Source: Dicyema japonicum | Taxonomy: Eukaryota > Animalia > Dicyemida | Reading direction: 5' to 3' | DNA length: 64,000 nt | Assembly: GCA_011109175.1 (NCBI GenBank) | Contig: RDEW01000044.1 | Location: 11,791-75,790 of the forward strand | Part shown: piece by piece, positions 12,698 through 23,234 of the stretch | Position numbering within the stretch: the first letter of the stretch is position 1 | Layout of the letters: every line of letters starts with the position of its first letter | The notes under the pieces: generated by a model | Told to the model about the DNA's origin: nothing | The model's database searches: none | What the model saw: the letters and a program-made list of their open reading frames with translations, nothing else | Made by a program: the position numbers and the translations under genes

Positions 12698-12893
12698 TTT
12701 ATTCTTATGTCATTTATTAATTCTATCCTCACATTACGTGCTTGTCATAACAACTAATTTATTTTAATAAATTGTCATTTTATTTTATGCACTAACGAAA
12801 AGTCAAAGAGTCAATTATTTATTTTTTATATGAAAAAAAGAAGTTAATTAAGCTTCCCTTGTGCCGCGGATAAATTATTAAATAATTATAAAA

Positions 12894-13157
12894 GTGTCCA
12901 AGAAAGCTCTTATCAATATGACAAAATGGAACTGCCAACCATACCTTTCATCTGGTACTACTTTTTCTTACTCCAATCAAACTGCTTGCATTGAACCGTT
13001 TGACCCTACTCTCTTAGCAGATCCTGATGAAGCTCTGAAACTGATCTCTCGAACGCGCTCGGACGTGACCAATCCTGTGAAGATTCCCAAAGGTGCGAGA
13101 ACTGCTGTTACCGAGGCTCTGATCTACACCATCAAGTTATTTTGGAGCACGTTATAG
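12894..13157 (+). mobile_element. CRE-like ORF fragment (region upstream of RT)
   Basis: The PVKIPKGARTAV motif resembles the pre-RT region of CRE-like elements. Confidence 0.4.
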
Positions 13158-13222
13158 ATTTCGCGTTTGTACGTCAAAAACAGTTACGAGTATGATACCC
13201 TGAATAATATTTTTCAATATAG

Positions 13223-13900
13223 AGCAGTGTTTTTCAAAATAAAGAGCATTGTTTCTCCACAAAGGACCGCGGAACAATCTTTAGTGATTTATATTAGTCA
13301 ACTTTTATATTATATTTTTTTAAATTGTTTGAATTGAATTTAAAAAAAAGTGCTCAAATTTATCCTTGAGGAATTTCCTGTTTAAATAATTCAACAAATA
13401 AAAAATATGGATTCACTCTGATATCTTCAGAAGGTAAATTAAAACCACAGTGTGTTTTCTGTTCGGTGCACAAGTAATGTTTAGTTGCCGTTCCGGATTT
13501 CAAAATTTAGTCAAGGAAAAGTCCCCAAATGCTATTGGTATACATTGTATGATCCACCGTCATGCATTAATTAAGAAGACCACGACTGAGAATTTGAAAA
13601 ATGTCATGAATGATATAATGATTAAACGGTGAACTATATTATAGCCAAAGCACTCAATTCTCGTCTATTTGCTTGGTTATGCAAAAAAAATGACTCTGAA
13701 TTTGAGACTTTTGCTGAATTCGCATGTATATGGCATTCATAAAAAAAATTATTGAAGAGAGCATTTATACTACGAAAAGAAATACATGAATTTCTTAAAG
13801 ACATCAAAATTTTCTAATAGTCGTTTTCTGACTTTATTGGCATTTTGGTCGATATATTTGAATCTGTTAAGAAATTATACAAAAAGTTGATAGCAAAAAT
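13223..13900 (+). mobile_element. hAT (Buster/ZBED5-8-like) transposon remnant
   Basis: CAGTGTTTTTCAAA terminus; GAQVM..RSGFQNLVKEKSPNAIGIHCMIHRHAL..VNYI..KALNSRLF. Confidence 0.75.
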
Positions 13901-14859
13901 TAACAAACTTGTCATCATATCCAAAAATAACCGAAATGGAGCTATTTGCGAAAGAGATTCACTAAACAATACATTGCGGACAAAACACCTTTAAGGGGAT
14001 TTAAACAAAATATTTTTCATCATCCAACGAACACTGATTAGAGAAGTTTTTCCTTCATGCGTATTATGTAATTTTTCATCAGCTTGGAAAACTTTCGATC
14101 TCCAAAATCATGTAACGGCAAATACACCCAATGAGCTATTTCAGATAGATTTGATCGATTTATAAGGGTAATAATTTTTTATGATTTCAGATTAAAAAAT
14201 CAACACGTAGACATTGAGTCTTCAACAGGAAGATAAGGATTAATAAAATAAGGTCCATTCACGATCAATTACAAAATATATTATTGATTTTTTCCAGAAA
14301 TATTATTTTTTGATTTACATAACAGTTTCTTCGACGTGATCCGTATAATCAGTTACCAGAATGGATCTTCACTCTGACCATGGAGGAATAATTCAAAAAA
14401 TATAATACAAACAAAAAACTCCAAAAAGTGTGCCTTCAATTTGTTTCACTCAAAACTTTCTTCTTGTGCTCCTGTCAGCTCTTGATCAAGATGATTCTCC
14501 AACTCCCAACAAAATCGTCATAGAAGAGTTATACGGACCATCTGAAAGTCAAGATACCCGAGCAAAGGGATGGCAATCATTGCAGAATATCCGTGTGATC
14601 GATACATTGCTGATCTTATGTATCTGAGAAGACATTCCAGATTGAATATACGATATTCTTGGGTAATAGTTCTTCATTAACGATTGATCTTAGTATTTTG
14701 TACATTAATTGGCAGAGAATCGTAGTTTGCTCATATTGGAAAGGATCGTTTATTCAGACATCTAATAAGACCCCAATAACATAATTAAGATAATCATCGT
14801 AGAATATCCATGTGATAGACATCGCTGATCTGATGAATCAGGTTCATATGAGTACTTNA

Positions 14860-15460
14860 ATTAATCACTGTTAAAATCCATTTGAATTCATTATTGTCCG
14901 AAGCATATCTTTTAAGATCGATACAATCAGCCATAAATCGTTCATAATTTTTAGAGACAGTGGCATTTTGATTTCTTCAGATGTTTTTAGAGAATAAAAA
15001 CTTGTGGAATCGTAATTTGATATAACTCTGCGAATAACATGATGTTTTGTTTCAACATATTTATCTGATATAAGTTTTGTCAATTTGCTAAAACCAAGAT
15101 TGCCGCTATTGTGTTCTTGGGATAAAATAATGAATTCTATCCTTTTGAAAAGCACAAACGACTGTCCTTAGAGATCCATCTTTTTTAATCAAAAATAAGT
15201 GATCATTTATCAATAAAAGACTTTGACATTATCTTCTAAGTGTTTTTTTAGGATGATCAGACATTCCAATAGGATATACTTTCTCTTTCAAATAACAAAT
15301 AATTATATTCAGTTCTTGTGACAATAATTAATGTGAACAATGATGTTGCAAATAGTTAGACACAAGTTTCTCAATATTTGGGTTCATGTTTGTGAACCTA
15401 ATTCGTAGATATCCTCTTTAAACAATTTTCAAGCGGTTTCTCATTTTGGTAATTGATACG
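14860..15460 (-). mobile_element. Retroviral-type (rve) integrase fragment, Ginger/gypsy-related
   Basis: Degenerate zinc-binding region (EHNSGNLGFSKL), then RFMADCIDLK..FKWILTV in an adjacent frame. A related fragment lies at ~13960-14170 (+). Confidence 0.5.
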
Positions 15461-15744
15461 ATACTGAAGCCTCTCTCGTATTGTTGCGAAATCGACTTAA
15501 TATTCTGGGAAGTTTGGTGCATTACTGTTTTCAGTACTTCAATAATTAATGATATTATCAGTTCCTCCCCAATTGTGTGGGGTTTCCCCAACTAGGCGAT
15601 AAGTAAAGCAATGTTATATGATGCAACAACGCAATCATCACTACGTATATTATTACTGGAGAATATTTTCTCCAGGCTCCGTTGATTTGAAATTCTATTA
15701 TATTAATTAGATGATTTTGCAGTAACGTTGCATATAATTAGATC

Positions 15745-16015
15745 GTAGGAGAGTTTGTTTGTAAAACACAGATTGGCGTTCTTTTGGCATGTTGTCCGCT
15801 CTGATTCCCTGGAAAGAACCATTATGTTGAGCAATATTACTGGGAAGAGAAGACCTAGTTTACTGAGGCCTCGGTGGCTATCCACGGTAGAAGACGTCAC
15901 GGGAATGCCTATATCAAGGCTACTCCAAATAGCAACGGATCGGGGAGAGTGGAGGAAACTCGTTCATGAGATCTCCAAGGGTCGGACACGACTTAATTGG
16001 ACAACATAACATATA
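15745..16015 (+). mobile_element. RTE retrotransposon 3' fragment (family A)
   Basis: Near-identical to 29190-29440: LAFFWHVVRSDSLERTIML..GKRR..PRWL..ATDRGEWR. Confidence 0.85.
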
Positions 16016-16130
16016 AAAATTAAATGATTGATATAAATTTTACGAATAATTTATTATCGCAATGAGATTGGTCTGTATGAACTGGGATCTTCTTTTGGTT
16101 TTCCGGCCTTATGAATAGGAGAGTTTGTTA

Positions 16131-16460
16131 ATTAGCCACGTGGCGCCATGTGGTGCTGCGTGGTTAATCGGGTTGAAATTTTCCGCTTGCTTGTCTCTTT
16201 CTTTTCTCTCTTCCTATTAGAGTGGCATCATGTGATCCACCTGTCTAGGTGACGCCCAGTGCCAGGCCGGCACGAAAAAGGATCATTTGCTTTTCCTCAC
16301 TCCACTGGAAGGGTTTCCACAACTGCATGTAATGGACGTCTTACCCTTTATGTTGATTCCGGATGGACTCTGTTTCTGTAGAAGTGGAAACTGGATACAC
16401 TTAATTAGTTGTTTACTTTAACTTATTTTTTGGTGTATCCGGGGTTAATTAATAAATAAA
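16131..16460 (+). mobile_element. SINE-like non-autonomous element, family 2
   Basis: 17-bp hairpin head, conserved core, and a tail ending CCGGGGTTAA(TAAA)n. The tail recurs at 35135-35295 (-) and 45320-45480 (-), with a related end at 63155-63215 (+). A head fragment lies at 10170-10205 (-). Confidence 0.65.
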
Positions 16461-16910
16461 TTAATTGGAGTGATGAGCGAGTTCTTCCATATTTGGGAGA
16501 TAGAGTTCCAGTTAACAAACAGGTTAAAAATTTCCGTTATGTAGATAATTGCGTATTTGCTTAGGTATTTTAGGTGAAATGAAGATACTTTGTCTGGGTC
16601 GCAGGCCCGTAAGTTTTTTAATCCGACGATAACCTCTGAAACCTGCTTATCTGAGAATAGTTCTTGGTAAGGTTCATTTTTCGGTTTTCGGGCACGTACT
16701 TTGATATCCAGTTGTTTAGAGAATTTCTTGAAGCTGATCGCAGCGTAATGTTTCATAAGTAGATTAGGGCGTATATGACAAATATTTTAGGAGAGGAGTT
16801 ACAGGTTCCATTCGCATCTTCCAACTCTGATTTACTTTGTTTTAATGTTTTCCAAAAATGATGAGATGAACTTTACCCGTCAAGGCGATTGATTAGAACA
16901 GCATGAGAAG
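16460..16910 (-). mobile_element. Ingi/Jockey-like LINE fragment (pre-RT)
   Basis: EVIVGLKNLRACDPDKVSSFHLKYL..IFNL..WKNSLITPI, continuing at 16060-16120 on the other side of the SINE insertion. Confidence 0.65.
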
Positions 16911-17269
16911 CAGCGTCCACGAAAAGCATTCGAATACTTGTGCCAATAATTTTTTTCCAATTTGTATTAAAATTGTCTAATTAATAGGGAGAATAGGTTT
17001 TTTCTTAGAAAATATTTAAAAATGCGCCAATAAGCGAGGATGACTATATAACAAATCCAGATGAGTCTGATAGTGATCTTGACCGTTCTTGACACTAAAT
17101 GGAGTCCAATAATAAAGGTAATAATGGTTGGACCTAAGAAGAGAATATTGAGTTATAAAATAATTACTTTTACTTATTTTTTNNNNNNNNNNNNNNNNNN
17201 NNNNNNNNNNNNNNNNNNNNNNNNNNNNNNNNNNNNNNNNNNNNNNNNNNNNNNNNNNNNNNNNNNGGC

Positions 17270-17850
17270 ATACAGTGTGTCTACCGCGCTCCCGACAATG
17301 TTGGACGGGCAAAGCGTGTCGACACAAGTAGCGTCCCAGACCAAAGGTTTCCCCTCTTCAAATGGAAAAATTGTGATCCCGTAGGGACGTTTTCCGTCTC
17401 CTCTGTCCAGGACAACAGGTTCTAGTATGGCTGGGTATCCCGTAAACTCCAGGGCTCGCTTGACAATTTTGTTGATCGCCTTGTGTTTTGGGAATCGTCC
17501 TGCACTTCTTCGACAAGAGAGGGCATGGTGTCTATAACAATAGACGGTGGCGCCACATTGGCATTTGTGAGTCCGGCAAATCTCCAGTCCAAGTCTGGTG
17601 AAGATGCCGATGCAGACATATCGTCGTCAAGGTGGGTCCCGACATTACCAACGGGGAGTGCATTGATCCATGCGCCACTCGACGTCTGTGTTGGTTTGAT
17701 TGGTTCAGAAGCTTCTCATATTTATCCTCGTAGATGGTCCTGTAACGGTCTTATTGCTCAGGCATCATCCCCTACCTGCGAAGACATAATGAGGTGGTTA
17801 AATGCATGTGCACTTGTGTCGTCAATATGGAATTAAGAAGACTAAAAACA
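17270..17850 (-). mobile_element. CRE-like element fragment (second subfamily)
   Basis: SGAWINALP..GTHLDDD and RPYGITIFPFEEGKPLVWDATCVDT; duplicated at 18538-18992. Confidence 0.7.
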
Positions 17851-18537
17851 GACTCAGTGCAGTCTATTGTTGCAAACAAGTCTATAGAGATTCGAGTGGA
17901 TCAACAGTAGACACGAAGGTACAAAAATACACCTGAGAGATTAAAGTATGATCAAAAGAACTTATAGCTTTTAAATGGTCAGTAAGTTAAATGGAATAGT
18001 GTCCTCTCAAAAGAACGTCACACTATTTAATGAATACAACAATTTCCTTGGTCAAATTGGACAATTAAAACGCATTCAAAAACATAGAAAGATCATATTC
18101 TGTCATTATGAAGAGATACCCAAATAGTTGGGTTAATCAATCAGTCTTATGTACCTCATTCTACTCTTCTGTGAATATCTAAGGAAGACCCTATTGGATC
18201 TCTTTTTTTTGCTATTGAAAAAATAACAATTTTGTATCTGAGGATTCCGCTTTGATATCTTAAAAATTTGGCCTTGCGTTGAATAAAAATAAATATTAAA
18301 TTATTAATTATTTTTCTCAAGCCTTTTGTTAATTTTATTTGTTGTTAGGTTGTATTTTTTCCTTGGTTCTCTTATAAATAAAAGTGTAGATACAGTTATG
18401 TTTAACAAACGTTCCTATGCCTTCATCACACTGTTTCTACTGAATAAAAGTCCTCATATTTTTCTTTACGGGCAATGCTATATTATATTGATGATCTATT
18501 TAACCAGGTTCATTTATAATTTTTTTTTCAACTATTN

Positions 18538-18992
18538 CAAAGCGTGTCGACACAAGTAGCGTCCCAGACCAAAGGTTTCCCCTCTTCAAATGGAAAAATT
18601 GTGATCCCGTAGGGACGTTTTCCGTCTCCTCTGTCCAGGACAACAGGTTCTAGTATGGCTGGGTATCCCGTAAACTCCAGGGCTCGCTTGACAATTTTGT
18701 TGATCGCCTTGTGTTTTGGGAATCGTCCTGCACTTCTTCGACAAGAGAGGGCATGGTGTCTATAACAATAGACGGTGGCGCCACATTGGCATTTGTGAGT
18801 CCGGCAAATCTCCAGTCCAAGTCTGGTGAAGATGCCGCTGCAAACATATCGTCGTCAAGGTGGGTCCCGACACTACCAACGGGGAGTGCATTGATCCATG
18901 CGCCACTCGACGTCTGTGTTGGTTTGATTGGTTCAGAAGCTTCTCATATTTATCCTCGTAGATGGTCCTGTAACGGTCTTATTGCTCAGGCA
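18538..18992 (-). mobile_element. CRE-like fragment, duplicate of ~17310-17765
   Basis: Near-identical sequence starting at a single 'n'. Confidence 0.7.
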
Positions 18993-19760
18993 AGATAGGA
19001 ATTTGTTTTTTGCACACACGGGGTCATTATGCAACCATTGCAAAAAAAACAGGAAACTGTAGATCAGTTGGCCACTCAGTGTAGTAAAATACTAAACAGT
19101 GATTATCTCCGAAGACATAATGAAGTGGTAAAGTGTATCTATCTTCATCTTTGTCGAGTTTATGGAATCAAAAGAAGCAGGAAATTGAAAGGACATTCGG
19201 TTCAGTGAATATTGAGGACTCAAAATGTCGAAATCAAAGTTGACACGTCGATTATGACAGAAACAAAAGTCCAATTCAATAAACCTGATATTTTTGCTTA
19301 CGAAAAATAAAGAAAAAAGTAACCTTAATCGAAGTGGGTATTACCTCACAAGACTGACTAAAGCAAGTTGAAGTTTAGAAACTTCAAATATATGATTTGC
19401 TTGCAAATGATCTTTCACTACTCTATGAATCCCAAGTAAAAATTATTCCAGTGGTTTTGACATGGGATGGAGTTGTCTCATGATGCTTCAGGAATAATAT
19501 GGGTAACTTATCTTTGAAGAATCAACGAGGATTTGCATCTAATCGGTTGTGCTAAAGAGTATGCTCATTGAACATAAGCATGGGATGAAAATATACGATG
19601 AAAAGTACGCCTCTGCTATCTCCCAACTTGTAGAAATGGCATGCCTTGAGGACAGCCCACTTGAATCTAACAGATATATTTTGACTAAATCTGATGTGGA
19701 GATGGGGAGTAACAGGGAGTTTATGGCACACTTTTCTAAGAGAAGTTTTGAATTTATGTA
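18990..19760 (+). mobile_element. R4/Dong-like (RLE-type) non-LTR retrotransposon 3' fragment
   Basis: DYLRRHNEVVKCI..NKPDIF..LIEVGITSQD..YDLLAN..IIPVVLTWDGVV. Confidence 0.8.
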
Positions 19761-19867
19761 ATTAATCAGATCCTTTATTGCCCAGAGACTGAATATCTTG
19801 TAATATATAATTTGTGAACAATTATAAATAATTAAATATCAATATTCACTAATTGTAAAACAGTTGA

Positions 19868-20173
19868 TTAGGCAAATATTGTTGATGCGAAATAAAATAC
19901 CTGGAAACTGTAGTCTGGTCCATTAGCCACGAAAACTATTTTGTCGTTGCTTGGTAAGGGAGAGAGTTTGTTCTGTTCGACACTAATGTAGGAATTTTTC
20001 TCCACAAATAGGTGACTCATGTGTAAACCACAATAATGGTCAGCCTTCTCCGCCATCGGATATACCTGGAACGTCCGCTTAGTTTCCTGTTTGACACTGG
20101 ATTCCTTCACTTGAAGGAAGTAAATAAATAAGATGTAAAATGACTCAGATTCAAGAATTTCCTCTTCAAACAT
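19868..20173 (-). CDS. Orphan ORF, possibly the last exon of an unknown gene
   Basis: 101-aa ORF in the gene-dense block, on the same strand as its neighbours; no motif recognised. Confidence 0.25.
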   Translation of the reverse strand: MFEEEILESESFYILFIYFLQVKESSVKQETKRTFQVYPMAEKADHYCGLHMSHLFVEKNSYISVEQNKLSPLPSNDKIVFVANGPDYSFQVFYFASTIFA

Positions 20174-20442
20174 TCACTTTATTATAGTTACTCACAATCT
20201 TCACCTCAATAGACTCGAATATAGCATTATCAGATAATAGCCCATAGTATCCACAAATTTAGTGAGTTAGTGGGGATTATCTCAAAGGTCAAACCAAAAA
20301 TGCCATAAAGGGTTAAACTTAGGGAATCGTCATCAAAACTAAATCTGAGAATTGAAATATCTTTAAATAATGAGAGAATATAAATTATCACAAAATTAAT
20401 AAATATTTGTGATTATTAAAAAATAATTAATGATTTTTACAT

Positions 20443-22497
20443 CTAAGCTGTAGTTTCCAATGTTTTGCGCAATTCATTAACATAAAATTTAAGTCGTTTT
20501 CCAAGGACGATGTTATTCCAGTTTAGAGATCTCCCCCTATCATAATTATCACATTTTATACTTTGGGTCGATTGATATAAAGTGGGTAAGCTTACAGCAT
20601 TCACCACGCGGTTCAATAAAGTACCCGAAAAACTGACAGTCCATTACAGCAAAATTCCCGTGATTACTGTATTCTAGGGATCGTCCAACGATAGCGTAGT
20701 TTCCATCAATACTCTGTTTGTGCCTTTCCGGTAATAATATGAGTTGTTACCATATCATGTAGCATATTCTGTCCACAATCCATTTTTCTTTGAATGTTAC
20801 AATTTCCGTATGCTTAGTGAGACTAGTCACACTGTACTCATCCTGCAAAAACCAGCCAATCCTTTAATTAACAAATTAATGCTACTTTTTATCAAAAATC
20901 TGATTGACTGTCGTTTTTACGTCGCACTTCAATCCATTTTTCTTTGAATGTTACAATTTCCGTATGCTTAGTGAGACTAGTCACACTGTACTCATCCTGC
21001 AAAAACCAGCCAATCCTTTAATTAACAAATTAATGCTACTTGTTATCAAAAATCTGATTGACTGTCGTTTTTACGTCGCACTTTACGGAAGTCTGACATC
21101 GCCAAATCTTCAAAATGGTGTCCTCGAACAACCGGGATTTTAATTCCACGCCATTTCCATTTGATTCCGTGGACTTTTCGTCCTCAAATTCACAATAGTT
21201 CACGTACTAATGTGAAACAGACTCAAACTTGATACAAGTCACTGATAAGCTTGTTTATGATAATCATAGGATTTTTGGGAGGGATAAACCTAACATTTCC
21301 CTGGAAGTCTTCAATCTGGGGTCTGCGAGTAAACAAACCTCAAATATGAAGTCATAGTGATTTATTAGTATTTCAGAAAATTCAATCGACTGGTTTTTCC
21401 ATGCTATTTCCTCCTTCAATTTTGAACTCATACTCCTCATAGACCTTGGTTTTGACATTTTCCTAGTGAAGATTGTTTCACAGAGACAAACACTGAGATT
21501 GTAGGCAGTCATCTATTAAATTTAACACAGTTCATACATGAGTTCGTTCACTGTTTTTAGATATTTTGTTTAGCAGTCTAATCCACATAATCAACACTTC
21601 TCTGTTTGTGTCTGGTAATAGGGTCACCAAGTCTCTAAGTAGATTAAGTCGCTTATTCTTGTCAACTGGAATTACTAATAAATCAACCATCAAAGTGAAT
21701 CAAATCAGTGAAAGGTTTAGTAAACAAAGGTTCTGTACTATTTCTGAGATATTTGCTAACAACAGTGGAAATAACGTAATTATTGTATTCCAGTAGAGAA
21801 AAACATTCTACACTGGTAAAATTAAGATACCATTGTTGAGTATTTTTTGATACAAATCTTCGTTCATCGTCGCACTTCCTGCTTTTCGGAAAATAAACTG
21901 AAGATCTGTGGCATTCTCGTAAAGGTGACAAATTGCTTCTTTTATGACAGAAGGGATGGGGGACCCTGTAGTTATATAATTCACAAGGTAGTCATTTTTG
22001 TTGTTATCTGACAGATATTTTTTCGAGAATCTAGAAAAACTTGATTTTTTACTTTGGGATTATTTTGACGATTTCTGACCTGGCAAGATTTCGAGAGACT
22101 TCAAGCTGTGAAACCGAGGAATTCCATATACTATTTTTGCGACTAGAATGAGGCACATAATGCACCTCTCAGAAAATGGTAGACATATGTTTAACTGAGA
22201 TTTCTGTGATTTGCTTATCTAAATTTTATGAAAAATTATGACATTTGTGAGGTATTTTAATTTAAAATCTTCTTTATTGTTATTATTGACGTTGGGTTTA
22301 TTCGAATATTTGATCAAATCGGGAATCTCGTAGTCCTCGCTTTTGGGAATAAGTTTTATGTTATCTAATGAAGATGAAAACTATATACTCAGAGATCCAC
22401 TTGATAAATATCTATGCTTTATAGTGAACTGTTTGATGTATGATTCCTTTCGGGCTAGTCGAGGTTTAACCAAATATTCTTTATTTGGAAGCAACAT
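20443..22497 (-). CDS. RhoGAP + START domain protein (DLC1/STARD13/STARD8/crossveinless-c family), 13 exons, ~538 aa
   Basis: Spliced through 12 GT-AG introns of 22-27 nt (ignoring the 154-bp duplication at 20776-21083). RhoGAP motifs: TGSPIPSVIKEAI...FIFRKAGS (Arg finger), KYLRNSTEPLFT, LLPDTNREVL, MTAYNLSVCL. START motifs: LKIWRC, YFIEPRGECCKLTHFISIDPKGRSLNW. The start codon is tentative. Confidence 0.88.
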
Positions 22498-23234
22498 TTA
22501 TCGTTTCTACTAACTACGTGGTTAACGCAAAATAAATTGCATATTAGATAGTTGCCATAGCGATTATACAGATATTCACTGCGTCTATTCGTTTAAAATC
22601 ATTATAAATTATGAATAAGCTAGAAATGACATATTGTTTCGATTTTTACTTATATTATAAGTGCTCTTAATGAGAACCATGCTTAGGCGATAATTTATAC
22701 TGATTAACTTTGAATTCAACAAAATTAACGATAACACCAACATATTATTGTTTCGATTTTTACTTATATTATAAGTGCTCTTAATGAGAACCATGCTTAG
22801 GCGATAATTTATACTGATTAACTTTGAATTCAACAAAATTAACGATAACACCAACATATAAAAGTACGATGCACTCTAAAATACCACAGTGATTGATATT
22901 GGAGAAATATCTGAGCAGTCAGCATAATCAAGTGAGACTACATTCTCCCAGGCTTGTTTGAATTTATCATTAATACCATCACTTGTTTTAGAGGCATAAA
23001 TCAATTCCTTAGGGATATTTACGCATTATAGCCAAAACCTTATTTGTATCTTCCAACTTGCGATCACTCACGTGTGCTCTAACCTCGATTTGATGCCAGA
23101 ATATTCATTATTGATTTTTATTAATTTAATAAAGCATTATTTTAAGGAAAATCTAAAATATCAGTAGCAGAAACTCTAATATTTGATGCCAGAATATTCA
23201 TTATTGATTTTTATTAATTTAATAAAGCATTATT

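Noticed and set aside
13015-13060. CTGATGA-AGCTCT-GAAAC hammerhead-like core
   Set aside because: No stem I/III partners or GUH site; it lies within a CRE-like coding fragment.
20776-21083. 154-bp tandem duplication within the START domain, as exon duplication
   Set aside because: It breaks the frame, the copies differ by about one base, and it matches the window-wide pattern of overlap/haplotype artefacts.
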